Shown here one piece after another: positions 1 to 11,243 of a stretch of 64,000 nucleotides of DNA. The position numbers and the translations under genes were made by a program. This stretch comes from an uncultured Gemmatimonadales bacterium (GTDB lineage: Bacteria > Gemmatimonadota > Gemmatimonadetes > Gemmatimonadales > GWC2-71-9), in the NCBI GenBank assembly GCA_963796335.1, contig CAWCLG010000003.1:129795-193794 (forward strand), written 5' to 3'. A model generated the notes under the pieces. It worked only from the letters and a program-made list of their open reading frames with translations. It was not told where the DNA came from and did not search any database. How positions within the stretch are numbered: position 1 is the first letter of the stretch; each line of letters begins with the position of its first letter.

Positions 1-45
1 GGATTTGGATTCGGCAGTGAGCGAAACGTTCGATATCGAGGATTG

Positions 46-1970
46 ATGGCGTCAGCGGCCAGACTCGCGTTCCTTTTGCCGGTCGCGCTCGGTCTTCTGG
101 TCGGCTGCGGGGACGTTACCTTGCCCGACGAGGGTGAGCCCGTAGCCATCGAGATGTTTGGCGACGACCAGAACGGCACCATAGGCGAAGCCCTGAGCGA
201 TTCGCTGACCGTGCAGGTCAACGACCGCTTCGAGAATCCGGTTCGCGGTGTGACGGTCACCTGGACGGCCGAGGACGGCGGCAGCGTCGACCCCGCCGAA
301 ACCGTCACCGGCGCCGACGGGCGGGCGAGCACCGAGCGGGTCCTGGGTGCCGAGCCGGTCACCTACGTTACGGTTGCCAGGGTCTTAGGGATCGAGGATC
401 CGGCGTTTTTCACCAGCACCGCCCTGGCGGCGCGTCTCGTCATCACCTCCCAGCTTCCCGCCATCGCCGTCTCCGGCGAGCCGCTTTCACCACAGCCTAC
501 CCTGGAGCTTCAGGACGCCGATGGCACTCCCATCCTCCGGGAGGGCGTCGAGGTGACCGTGGCAATCTCCCCCTCGGATGGCGCCGAGCTGGCTGGCGGT
601 ACTTCCGCCATCAGCGACGCGGAAGGGAAGGTCGCGTTCACCGATCTGGCCATCCGCGGGGAGCCCGGCGCCCGCCGACTGATCTTCGCGGCCGTAGAAG
701 AGGCGTTCGCGCCCGCGACATCAGCCCCGATCGCGTTGGGAGTCGGCGCACCGGCCTCGATCGAGGGTGTGACCGGTGACGATCAGGAGGCTACCGTGGG
801 CGAAGCGGTGCCTGTCGCTCCGGCGGTGCTGGTGCAAGACGGAGACGGGAATCCGCTGCCGCGGCATTCCGGTGACCTTCACGGTCACCGACGGCGGCGG
901 CGAGGTTTCCGGGAACGTTCCGGTGACCGGAGCCGACGGGGTCGCGGCGGTCGGCGAGTGGGAGCTGGGTCGGACCGCCGGCGCGAACGAGCTGTCGGCC
1001 GCGGTCGTGGGCCAGGACCTGGCGGGCAGTCCCGTGGTGTTCACCGCCACAGGAACGCCGGGTCCGATCAGCGGGGCCGAGAGCTCGGTCTCGGCCGACC
1101 CGGCCAACATCAGCGCGTCGAACGGGTCCAGCAGCTCCACCATCACGGTGACCGTGCGCGACCGGTTCGGGAATCAGCTGCCAGGGGGTGAACGTCACGC
1201 TGGCGGCGGCAGGCGGCACCGGCAACAGCCTGGTGCAGCCGAGCAATCCCACGAACGCCAGTGGCGTGACTACCGGCCGGTTCAGCTCGAGCAGCGTGGG
1301 CAACCGCACCATCTCGGCGACCGCGGGCAGCGTGGCGATCGAGGAGACGGCGTCGGTGACAGTGGGCGCCGGCACGCCCTCGGCCGCCACCAGCTCGGCG
1401 ACCGTGCCGGCGAACGGCCAGGCGGGACAGGCCACCACGATCCAGATCCAGCTGCGCGATGCGCAGAACAACCCGGTACCGGGCCGCGCCAACGCGATTG
1501 CGGTCACCATCTCCGGGGCGAACAACATCGGCGGCGTGGGGGCGAACGATCAGGGCGGTGGGCAATACACCGTGAGCTACACGCCGCAGGTGGCCGGCTT
1601 GGACCAGGTGTCGATCGAAGTCTCGGGTGGCGGGCTCTCCGGATCGCCGTTCAGCATCGTGGTGGCGCCGGGATCGACCTCGGCGTCCCAGAGCTTCGCC
1701 ATCGTGCCGAGTCCGGTGTCGGTGTTCTCCAACTTCAATATTCAAGTGAACGCGCTGGACCAGTTCGGCAATCCGGTGGGCCACGGCGGTGACGCCTTCG
1801 AGCTGCGGATCGACGGCACGCCGATCGGGCTGACCGACAACGGGAACGGCACGTATATCGTGGGCATCGCGGCGTTCCAGCTGACCGCGGCGACCCACAC
1901 CGTCGATGTCACCCTCGGCGGAACGCCGATTCAGGGGAGTCCGTACACCCTGATCGTGACCTTCCCCTGA
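46..1970 (+). pseudogene. Surface lipoprotein with repeated bacterial Ig-like (Big/invasin-type) domains. The reading frame is interrupted by at least 2 apparent frameshifts, which may be assembly errors.
   Basis: ATG at 46 follows GAGGA. Signal peptide and lipobox: LLPVALGLLVGC. Repeated motifs of the type 'VTVxxxDxxGNPVxGxxVTF'. The protein continues 43..~860 (frame 1), ~860..1185 (frame 2), then 1188..1970 (frame 3). The second shift lies at a G5 run (1183-1187). Confidence 0.7.
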
Positions 1971-2060
1971 GGTGTGTAGCGTTTGCCTTGGCAATGACTT
2001 ATGCGGCGCTCTGAGCGGGGTTGCTTCCCCCATTTCCGGCCGCTATCTTGCCCCCCGCAC

Positions 2061-2142
2061 GCCCTGGTGGTGAAACTGGTAGACACGCTATCTTGAGGGG
2101 GTAGTGCCGAAAGGCGTCGCGGTTCGAATCCGCGCCAGGGCA
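2061..2142 (+). tRNA. tRNA-Leu (anticodon GAG), long variable arm, no encoded CCA
   Basis: Acceptor gccctgg/ccagggc. D-arm GTGAAACTGGTAGACAC. Anticodon stem ctatc/ggtag with loop TTGAGGG. T-arm gcgcggTTCGAATCcgcgc. Confidence 0.9.
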
Positions 2143-2186
2143 TCGCGATCGGGGCGCGTGTACACGCGCCCCTTCATTGTTGGCCG

Positions 2187-2258
2187 GCCACTGTAGCTCA
2201 GGGGTAGAGCTCTCGATTCGTAATCGAGCGGTCGTCGGTTCAAATCCGACCAGTGGCT
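2187..2258 (+). tRNA. tRNA-Thr (anticodon CGT)
   Basis: Acceptor gccactg/cagtggc. D-arm tagctcaggggtagagc. Anticodon stem ctcga/tcgag with loop TTCGTAA. T-arm gtcggTTCAAATCcgac. Confidence 0.9.
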
Positions 2259-2293
2259 CTCTCAGTGGATCAACAACTTCGTGGTTTGATTTC

Positions 2294-2333
2294 GGCGGGA
2301 GCAGAAGGCGCTGCTCCCGCCGCTTTGCTTTTC
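2294..2333 (+). terminator. Candidate intrinsic terminator after the tRNA pair
   Basis: Perfect 11-bp stem GGCGGGAGCAG / CTGCTCCCGCC (2294-2321) followed by the T-rich tract GCTTTGCTTTTCT. Confidence 0.5.
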
Positions 2334-2460
2334 TCCGGACTGGTGGAAGGCCTCAACGATCTTTTTCGACGCCAAACCGCCGAAGAACTGAAGCCCGGAT
2401 ATCCGGGCTATCCTGAAATGGTGGCGGGGATCGTGATAATGCGGTGATATTCCCCTTCCC

Positions 2461-4484
2461 ATGTCCCCGCAGCCCTCTCCTGCCTCCCCCGATCTCCCGG
2501 GTTCCCCCGAGACCAGCGAAGAGCGCTACCGAGCCTTCATCGAGCAGACGGCCGAAGGCGTCTGGCGGTGCGAGATCCGCGTCGCCGATCGACATCACGC
2601 CTGCCTCCGGACGAGCAGATCGAGCTGATGTACGCGACTCGCTACCTCGCCGAGTGCAACGACGCCATGGCGCGGATGTACGGCGTCGAGAGCGCCGACT
2701 CAGATCGTCGGCGCTGCCGCTCGGCGACCTGCTGCCCCGGACCGATCCCGCCAACATCGAGTATCTCACGCGCGTTCATCGCCGCCGGCTACCGCATCAC
2801 CGACGCGCGAGTCGCACGAGATCGGGGCAGGACGGCGAGAGCCGCTACTTCCTCAACAACCTGGTCGGCATCGTGCGCGACGGCCGGCTGTTCCGGGCCT
2901 GGGGCTCGCAGCGCGACATCACCGAGCGCAAGAAAACCGAGTCGGCGCTGCGGGCCAGCGAGGAGCGCTACCGCGCGCTGGTGACCGCCAGCAGCCTCGC
3001 TGGTCTGGACCAGCGACGCCGACGGGCCGATTCGTCGCGCCGCAGGCCGTCGTGGGAGGCTATCACCGGGCAGCCCTGGTCCGAACACCGGGATCTCGGG
3101 TGGATCGAGGCGCTGCACCCGGACGACCGGGAGGCCGTCCGGCGCCGCTGGCAGCGGCGGATGGCGCGCGCCCGGCTCGGTGCATGAGGAGCACGCGCGG
3201 CTCTGGTCAGTGGACAAGAACGGCTACCGGCACGTGTCGGCCGGGCGGTGCCGGTGCTCGACGCCGACGGCTCCGTGCGGGAGTGGATCGGCACCGTGAC
3301 CGACGTCGAGGAGCGCTGGATCGCGGAGGAGCGGCTCCGCCGCGCGGAGCGGATGGAGACGGTCGGCCGGCTCGCCGGCGGCATCGCCCACGAGGCGAAC
3401 AACCAGATGTCGGTGATCCTCGGCTCGGCCCAGTTCGTCCTCGCAGCGGACCGACATCCCTGACGAGGTCGCGGGAGGACGTCGAGCACATCCAGCGCGC
3501 CGCCGAGCGCACCGCCGGCATCACCCAGCAGCTCCTCGCCTTCAGCCGCCGCCAGGTGCTCCAGCCGCAGGTGCTCGACGTCAACGTCGCTGCTCCAGCG
3601 CGCGGAGCCGATCCTGCGCCGCACGCTGGGCGAGCGGTCCCGGCTCGTGGTCCGGCTCGGCCACCGGCATCGGCCGGGTGAAGGCCGACCCGGGGCAGCT
3701 GGAGCAGGTGCTCCTCAACCTGGTGCTCAACGCCCGCGACGCGATGCCGAACGGCGGCACGGTGACGATCGAGACCTCGAACGTCAGCGCTCAGCCGTCG
3801 AGTACGCGGCGCGCAAGCCGGTGGCGACGATCATTCCGGGCCCGCATCTCCTGCTCACGGTGAGCGACACCGGGACGGGCATGGACGCCGAGACGCTGGG
3901 CCGGGCCTTCGAGCCGTTCTTCACCACCAAGCCGGTCGGCGAAGGAACCGGCCTCGGCCTGGCGACGGTGTACGGCATCGTGAAGCAGAGCGGCGGGTAC
4001 ATCTGGGTCTACAGCGAGCCGGGGCAGGGCACCACCTTCAAGATCTATCTCCCCGTCGTCGGCGGGAGCGCCCTCGGAGCGCCGGCGGCGCGACTCCTCG
4101 CCGGTGGCGCTGGATGGCGAGACGGTGCTCGTGGTGGAGGACGAAGCCGAGCGTGCGTTCGATCATCGCGCCGGGTGCTGCGGGACCAGGGATACACGCG
4201 TCCTCGAGGCCGCCCACGGCCGCGACGCGCTGGCGATCGCGGGCGCGACCCGGCACTCGGCTCGACCTCATCATCGCCGATGTCGTCATGCCCGAGCTCG
4301 GCGGCCGGGAGCTGGCCGCGCAGCTGGGGCTGAGCCGGCCGGACCTCCCGATCCTGTTCACCTCGGGATACACCGGCCACGACGTGGTGGAGCGGGGCCT
4401 GATCGAGCGGGACTGGCCGTTCCTGCCGAAGCCGATCATGCCGGATGCGCTGGCGAGAAGGTCCGGGAGCTGCTCGACGGCTAG
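2461..4484 (+). pseudogene. Hybrid sensor histidine kinase (PAS-PAS-HisKA-HATPase_c-REC). The reading frame is interrupted many times.
   Basis: PAS pieces: [54 protein letters not shown]. HisKA: [19 protein letters not shown]. HATPase: [41 protein letters not shown]. Receiver: [26 protein letters not shown]. These segments are scattered over all three + frames. Confidence 0.8.
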
Positions 4485-4920
4485 CCGTCGGTATCGAACC
4501 GCGCCAGCACCCGCAGCACGAAGAGCAGCAGCAGCGTCGCCCCCACCGCCAGCACGTAGTACTCCAGCCCCGCCGCGATGCCGATGGCCGCCGTCGCCCA
4601 GATCGAGGCCGCCGTCGTCAGCCCCTGCACCTGCTCGTCCTGCCGGCTCACGAAGATCACGCCGCTGCCCAGGAATCCGATGCCGATGGCCACGGCCTGG
4701 ATCGCCCTGATCGGATCCGCCTGGAACGCTCGCCTCGCCGGGCCCGATGTCCGCCGCCGCGAGCTCGGCGATCGCGGTGTAGAGCGCGGCGGCGATGCCC
4801 GACCAGCATGTGGGTCCGGAGGCCGGCGGACTTGCGCGCGTGCTCGCGCTCCCAGCCCAGCAGCGCGGCGAGGACGGCGGCCACCAGCAGGCGGATCAGG
4901 AAGTGGAGCTCGGGGTGCAC
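4481..4920 (-). pseudogene. MgtC/SapB family membrane protein with one or more apparent frameshifts
   Basis: N-terminal part: LIRLLVAAVLAALLGWEREHARKSAGLRTHMLVG (ORF 4657..4983). C-terminal part: AIGIGFLGSGVIF...GLTTAASIWATAAIGIAAGLEYY (ORF 4481..4693). Candidate GTG start at 4920. The stop shares a CTAG tetranucleotide with the kinase stop. Confidence 0.75.
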
Positions 4921-4954
4921 CGGGGCCCCTGGCAGGAGACCTCGATAAGCTAGC

Positions 4955-5850
4955 TCAGTCGGCCGATGCCGTGTGGTGAGCACTCCGGCGGAGCGGATGG
5001 CGGGCGTAGATCGGCTGGAGGGCGAGATAGCGGGTCATCGCCCGCGGTGCCCGGGACCAGCAGCTCGTACTGCTCGAGCAGCGACGCGGACGGCTCGGGG
5101 CCGGCCGGTCGCGGTGGCCTGGAGGAAGTGCACCGCGAAGGCGACCGCCTCGGCCTGGTGCTCCGACACGCTGCTGTGGCCGTAGCGGCGGCTGTCGGGG
5201 ATCGGCGCGATGCCCTGCCACAGGGTGCGGAGCTGCCCCGGCGGCCCGCGCCTGCCAGCGGTGCGCCAGCTCGTGCGCCATCGCGTGGCGGAGCTGCTCC
5301 TCGCTGCTCATCCGCGCCGGGTCGAGCGCGAGCGAGTCGCGGGAGGCGATGTACTCGCCCAGGCGTCCCGCGCGGCGGCCCCGCGTGCTCACCAGCCCGG
5401 CCGGGCGCGCCGGGCGGCCGAACAAGCGCATAGAGCGTGTCGGCGTAAGCGCTGCGCTCGATGGTGCGGGTCACCAGCCAGATCGCGGCGGTGTCCCGCG
5501 GGTTGACCAGCGGCCGGTCGGGCCGCCACTCGCGCGACGACGACGCTGTCGAGCCAGTGCGGGCCGCTCGGCGACGTCCAGCAGGGGACCCGGCGCCTCG
5601 GTCCCGAAGACCCCGCCATCCACCCGGAAGACGTAGACCGGCCGGCCCATGCGCCGAGTCGGCGTAGGCCAGCGAGACCATCGGCGCCCGCCAGCGGCGC
5701 CCGTCCCGCAGCCGCACCGGCCCGATCAGGGGGTAGGTCTGGGCCAGCCGGCCGTCGGCCGAGATGGAAGACCAGGCCGGTGTCGGTGACGATGAACCGG
5801 CCGGGACGCGGCGGGCAGGCCGCGCGAGGAGAGGAACCCGCCGATCTCCG
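4955..5850 (-). pseudogene. Hypothetical protein with an HExxH motif (possible metallopeptidase-like). Frame is interrupted and the 5' limit is uncertain.
   Basis: Segments LGEYIASRDSLALDPARMSSEEQLRHAMAHELAHRWQ, SEHQAEAVAFAVHFLQ and MTRYLALQPIYARHP lie in different minus frames. Stop at 4955-4957. It may extend up to the TM-containing ORF that starts at 6243. Confidence 0.35.
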
Positions 5851-5868
5851 CTCCGACCGGCAGCGCGG

Positions 5869-6243
5869 TCAGCCGCTCGCGTCGCGCCGATCAGCCGAGG
5901 CGCGGCGTCCGCGACCGGCCGTGTCGGCGGCCGCCGGCGCGTAGCCTCGGCGCTCGCGCCGGATGGACGCGCCCGCGCCCGCGGCCGCGAGCCGCGAGCG
6001 CCAGCGACGATGCAGGAGACGGAGACCGGTCACCGGACTCAGCGCTGGGCGTAGCCCGCCGGCTCGGCCGGCGGCGCGTCGGAGGCGCTGGCGGGATCCA
6101 CCCAGGTGGTCTGCACCAGGATCGCCATCGAGCAGCAGGATCAGGAAGATCATCGAGCCGAGGATGGCGGCGGCGGCCCGCTCGGGGACGGGGCGATCAC
6201 GGCGGCGGCGGCGGTCGGCGGTGGCGCTGGAGTCGGCGGACAC
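5869..6243 (-). CDS. Possible small membrane-anchored ORF, or the N-terminus of the downstream HExxH protein
   Basis: GTG at 6243, then a hydrophobic stretch AAAILGSMIFLILLL. The rest of the ORF is Arg/Ala-rich and may be out of frame. Confidence 0.2.
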   Translation of the reverse strand: MSADSSATADRRRRRDRPVPERAAAAILGSMIFLILLLDGDPGADHLGGSRQRLRRAAGRAGGLRPALSPVTGLRLLHRRWRSRLAAAGAGASIRRERRGYAPAAADTAGRGRRASADRRDASG

Positions 6244-6280
6244 TGGTCGGTTCCGGTCTCTGGAGGTTGAGGGTGGTGGA

Positions 6281-7719
6281 TCAGCCGGGGATACGAAGGC
6301 GCGTGCCGGCCATCAGCGCGTGCTCGTTGCGGATCGAGTTGGCCCGCCGGAGCGCCTTCACCGACACCCGGTAGCGCAGCGCGATGCCGCTCAGCGTCTC
6401 GCCCCGCCGCACCCGGTGGGTCCGGGCAGTGGCGGAGTGGTGCGGCCGGCGCTCGCCGGCGGCCCGGATGGCGAGCGCCGAGGGGATCGCGACCGTCGGG
6501 ATGACGAGCCGGGCGCCGGCGCGGGGCCGCGCGCCCTGCTTGGGATTGGCGGCGCGGAGGTCGGCCAGCCGGAATCCGGTAGCGGGCGGCGATGGTGGTG
6601 AGCCGCTCCCGCTTGCGGACGACGTGGGTCAGGTAGTGCACCCGCTGCGTCGGAGGGAGATCGCTCGTAGGCCTCCGCGACCGCGCGCGCCGGTACCGGC
6701 GGGAAGCCGGATCACCGAGCGCGGTGCGGGGCGGCGTCGCGAGCCGGAGGTACTGCGGGTTGAGGTCGCGGATCTCGCCCAGGGTCACGTCCCGCGAGCC
6801 GGGCCACCACGTCGAGGCCGGTGGCGTCGGTGACGACCAGGCGAGTCGTAGGCGAACCGCTCGACCGCGGCGGTCGCGATGCCGTAGCGCGCCGGCTGCT
6901 TGGCGATGATCGCGGCGGCGATCAGCTTGGGGACGTAGTCCCGGGTCTCGTTGGCGAGGAGGTCGGACTCGGCGAGCCGGAAGAACGCGGCGTTGCCCTC
7001 GTCCTCGGCCGCCTCGTCCGACTCGGATTCGGCGTCCAGCGGCTCCAGCTTGCCCAGGCTGCGCGACACCTTGCCGGCGCCGGCGTTGTAGGCGGCGGCC
7101 GCGAGGTAGAGCGAGCCGAACCGCTTCCGCAGGTCGCGGAGATGGCGGGCCGCGGCGTCGGTCGCCTTCACCGGATCGCGGCGCTCGTCCACCCAGGTAT
7201 CCACCCGGAGGCCGTAGCCGCGGCCGGTGCTCCGCATGAACTGCCACATGCCGACCGCGTAGGCCCGGCTCACCGCCTCGCTCGAGTACCCGCTCTCGAT
7301 CAGCGCCAGGTAGAACAGGTCGCCCGGGAGTCCCTCGGCCTCGAACCGCTCGCGGATCATCGGCTCGTAGCGGGCGCCCCGCTCGAGCATCGTCCGCCAT
7401 GCGGTCCGCCGGCATCGCCCTGGAAGTAGCTCGAGGTAGTACTGGACCCGCGGGTGGAGGCGTAGGTGCTGACGTCGATGTCCCAGGTGACATCCTCTGC
7501 GCTCGAGCGGCGCGACCTCGCGGTCCGGCGCGGCTCGCGGCCAGCTCGTCGAGCAGCTCGGCGTCGGGCTGCTGTCGGGGAGCGGACCGGCGGTGAGGGG
7601 CGAGAGGCTGTCGTGGACCGGGGCGGACGATCGGTGCAGGTGATCGGCGCCGGCGGCAGCCCGGGGGCGCACGCACCGAGGACGACGACTCCGATGGAGA
7701 GGTTCAGCAGTCGCTGCAT
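6281..7719 (-). pseudogene. mltD: Membrane-bound lytic murein transglycosylase (SLT domain plus C-terminal LysM repeats, MltD-like lipoprotein). Frame is interrupted several times.
   Basis: Signal and lipobox: MQRLLNLSIGVVVLGAC. SLT motifs: LIESGYSSEAVSRAYAVGMWQFM, AAAYNAGAGKV. LysM: HYLTHVVRKRERLTTIAARY, and (translated by hand) THRVRRGETLSGIALRYRVSVKALRRANSIRNEHALMAGTRLRIPG*. Confidence 0.8.
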
Positions 7720-7896
7720 GCCGGCCGTTGTTGAGAGTTCTGAGGCGGGGATACCCGCGCGTCTCAGAAGCACAAATCGGGCCGTATGCAGCTGATCTAG
7801 CTAAGTTGTTGTCATGATGTGGATTTAGATGGCTAATGCAGGCCGGCGCGGAGCAGGGGGTCAGGCAAAAGTCGAAGCGGGTCGGCAATTCGCCGC

Positions 7897-9111
7897 TCAG
7901 GTGCGCCCTCCTCCGGTGAGCCAGAGCGAGAAGACTTCGGCGCTTTCGCCCTTCGGGCGCGGTCCCTTCGGGGACCACGGTGGTGACCGACAGCCGGACC
8001 CTCCCGTCCCGGGTCACGTCGAGCCGCATGAAGCCCGCCGCCTCGCGCTTGAACAGCGAGCCTTCGATGTCGCGGACCACGCTGGCGTGGCCCAGAATCC
8101 CGGCGCCGCTCACCAGCTGGTAGCCCGCATTGGTGATCCGCGGCCGGCCGCCCCGGATGACCTGGAGGTCGTGGTCGTGTCCCGAGGCGATCGACCAGCG
8201 GTGGGTGCGGCGCGGAAGGCGCGCTCGAACGCCATCCCGCATCTCGCCGTACTTCCGGCCCGAGATGTCCTGGTTGGAGATCCCCATCTGCCGGGCGAAC
8301 GGATAGGCCGACCCGATCAGCGGGAGCGGCACCCAGAGCCAGCGCTTGAAGTTGCGAAGCGGGAAGATGTGGTCGCATCAGGGTGAAGGTGCCGCCGTGG
8401 ATCCCGCCCGAGCGGAGCGGGTGGTGGGTGAGCACGATGGCGTGGCGCTTGCCCTTGTCCCGGAGCGCGCCGGCGAGCGAATCGGCGACCTCGTCGTAGG
8501 TCCGGGTGGGGCAGGGCGAGGTCTCGCCGTACGGCTTGACGTCGTTGTGGACCCACCACTCGGAGTCCAGCGCGATGAGCCGCACGTGGGCGTCCCAGAT
8601 CGACCACGTCGGGTCCGGGGCAGCCTCCGCGCGGGCGCCAGCCGGACGTCCTTCCCGCCGAACTTCCGGACCAGCGTGTCCTGCCGCCGGATGGCGTTCC
8701 AGCCGTCGCGGCCCTGCCGGTCCCAGTCGTGGTTGCCGGGCATCAGCAGGCCCTGCGCGCTGCCCCTTGCGGATCGCCAGCACCTGCGCCGCGATCTTCT
8801 TCTCCGCGTCTTCGCGGTCCGGATGGCCGAGCGGGTGGGACGCCGCGGGGATAGACGTTGTCGCCCAGGAAGACGACGAACTGGCGCACCGGCCGGAGCG
8901 AGTCCGACTGGAGTGCCAGCTCCTGGAGCACCGGCTCGCCGATCATAGGCGTCGCTGCCGGCGTCGCCGATGAGGAAGATGGCGACCTCGATGCTGTCCT
9001 TCGGGGCGACCGGAGCCGGTGCCAGCTGGCCGGCTCCAGCGCGGGAGTGCAGGCCGCGGCAGCCGAGACCGCCGCGCTGAGCCAGAGCGCTGCTCTAGCG
9101 GCGGTAGGCAT
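7897..9111 (-). pseudogene. Calcineurin-like metallophosphoesterase with a signal peptide. Frame is interrupted and the 3' end is inferred.
   Basis: Start: MPTAARAALWLSAAVSAAAAC. Motifs: VAIFLIGDAG, VVFLGDNVYPRG, MPGNHDWD, IVLTHHPL, GHDHDLQ. These are found in three minus frames. Confidence 0.7.
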
Positions 9112-9956
9112 AGCCGGTGATCGTCGCTGCCTTTCCTGCCGCCTCGTCGCTGATGAGGAGCGTCTTGTCCGGGGCGATCGCGATGCCCTCCGGCTGGCGG
9201 TGCCGCTCCGAGGCGAGCCGGGCCGCCGCCGAGCACCTTGCCGGTCGAATCGATCTCGGCGATAGGCGCGCTGGGGACCGGCGAGCAGCAGGTAGGTGCC
9301 GGTGTCGGGGTGACGGACCATCGCCGGTACCGGAGAAACTCTTCTGCCCGGTCACCCGGCTCAGCTCCTGCTCCGCGATCGCCGAGCCTCGGCTCGGGCT
9401 CGAACTGTCCGGTCTCGGGGGAGACGGCCAGGACCACGACCTGGTCCTTCCAGCGCTTGCTCTTCACCGCCTTGCAGAGCAGCAGCATGGAGCGGGAAGC
9501 CTCGTCCCAGGTCATCCCCTCCACCTCGCATCCCGCCTTCAGCCCGCGGGTGCTCCTGACGACCGGCGTCGTCGCGCCCGTCCGCGTCCTTCGCGCCCCT
9601 CGATCATCTGCCCATGGCTGGTCACCAGAAAGATCCGGTCGCCGACCACCTGGATGTCCTCGAAATCATCGCCGTACCGGACCGGCGCTGTTGCCGAACC
9701 CGAAGCGTTTGACTATTCGGCCGCCCGGCCAATCGACCTGAAAGACGACCGCCCGCTCGTCGCCGTGGGCGAGGAGCCTGCCGTCGGACGTGATGGCGAT
9801 GCCCGAGACTTCGGCCAGATCGTTCGGCAGCTCGATCCGGGCCGCCGGCTCACCGTTGAGGTCGTACTTCGCGAGCGCGCCCGACTGCGCCGAGCAGGCG
9901 GAGGCGCCGGCGGAAGCCATGAGGGTCGAGCACAATGTCCATGCGAACAACTTCAA
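9095..9956 (-). pseudogene. Secreted beta-propeller protein, tentatively SdiA-regulated/YjiK (phytase-like) family. Frame is interrupted.
   Basis: TTG start at 9956 with AAGGAG 5 nt upstream. Signal peptide: MKLFAWTLCSTLMASAGASAC. Segments: LAEVSGIAITSDGRLLAHGDERAVVFQVD, GDDFEDIQVVGDRIFLVTSHG, PEGIAIAPDKTLLISDE. Confidence 0.45.
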
Positions 9957-11015
9957 GGCTGCTCCTTGCTTGATGTCTCCGGTTTGGACTCAGCGGGCCG
10001 TGCCGCCAGGTCGGGGCCCAATCGCTTTTGCAGCGCGTCCAGCAGCTCGTGCCATTCCCGCCGCTTCTTCAGTCGCACCTGGTAGGTCAGCGCCGGCAGA
10101 CCGTCCGGGCCGGGCTCCTCGGACTCCAGCGCCCAGTTCTTGGCCATGGTGCGCAGGACTTCGTCGATTCCTCTGCGGGTCTCGATGTCGTTCGCGGCCC
10201 TGACCCGGAGGATGCCCTCCTGGCGAATTCCCTGGTCGGGCTTGCTGCCGGACCCCGTCCACCAGCTGCTTGGACTCGGCCGCCTCGAACCACTCGGCCA
10301 CCGGCGAAGGATGCCTCCCGGCACCCTTGGGGCTGCGCAGCACCTCGAGCACCGACTTCCCCTCGGGCACCACGCTCGGCTCACCGAGCGCGATGTCGGC
10401 GATGACCGGCTTGTTGCGGTTCCACTTCCACAGCGCGATGACCACGAGATTGAACAGACCGGAGAGCGCCGCGGACGCCTCCAGGGCGCCCACGCCGGCG
10501 CCGAGTCCCACCGCGATGGCGACGAAGACGTACATCGCGTCCTTGGTGTCGTCCAAGGCGTTCCGGAACCGCACCAGGCCGGCGATGCCGGCAAGGCTGA
10601 ACGCCACCGCGAGACTGTCTTGGACGATCACGAGAATCGCGGCTACGGCGATCGGCAAAAGGGTGATGGTGGTGACTACGGAGCGATCCACTTTGCGGCT
10701 CTCGCGGGTGGCCACATACGCCCAGGCAATCGGGAGCATCAGCAGCAGCGCGCTCACCATCGCCACCACCGCCACCAGCCATCCCCGGCCGCTCCACGCC
10801 GGCTGATAGACCGCGCCGGGAATCGGCGACCGCGTCAGCTCCCGGAGCTCGTCCTCCAACAGCGGTCCGCCGGTGGCGAGGCCCGTGGTCAGCCGCGCCA
10901 GCGCCACGACGGCGGCGATCACCGCAACGTGAAAGGCCGCGAGCCACCAGAGCCGTGGCCTGGGTAGCTCCTCCGACTGCGTGCTGACGCTTTCGGGTTC
11001 GCGAGAGGTGCCCAT
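9953..11015 (-). pseudogene. DUF4956-like integral membrane protein with one apparent frameshift near 10260
   Basis: ATG at 11015. Multiple TM helices. The motif LAGIAGLVRFRNALDDTKDAMYVFVAIAVGLGAGVGA is typical of DUF4956 as I recall it. The C-terminal soluble part, ILRVRAANDIETRRGIDEVLRTMAKNWALES, lies in frame 9953..10594. Confidence 0.6.
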
Positions 11016-11243
11016 GGTCCTCCTGGGTGGCGTCTGGGTCTGAAACGACGGCCGAATCTATGCCGGGCCGGGCCCGCGCGGCGTGAGCCAGATCGCAGGA
11101 AGCCGCACGGCGAGCGGTGCCGGGAGATATAAGTTCGCCGCTGGGGTCTTCCGCAAGCACGCAATGCCGAAGATTGATGCACATGCTCGACCAATCCAGG
11201 TCCCGTTCGAGCCCCATGGCTCACCCGCGCGCTGCGACTGTTG

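Noticed and set aside
1971-2460. Integrated element at the tRNA-Leu/tRNA-Thr pair (and at tRNA-Pro, 17999-18072)
   Set aside because: No integrase, excisionase or transposase ORF was found, and I could find no direct repeat of a tRNA 3' end in the flanks. Only the orphan ORFs near tRNA-Pro remain mildly suspicious, and they are reported separately.
2177-2462. Small ORFs (79, 64 and 66 aa) around 2177-2462
   Set aside because: They overlap tRNA-Thr and its terminator. Their peptides, such as VELSIRNRAVVGSNPTSG, are the usual translation of tRNA sequence.
6150-7676. 508-aa Arg/Pro-rich ORF on the - strand
   Set aside because: It is an alternative frame of the mltD-like gene. It contains short genuine LysM and linker segments only because of frameshifts, so it is not an independent gene.
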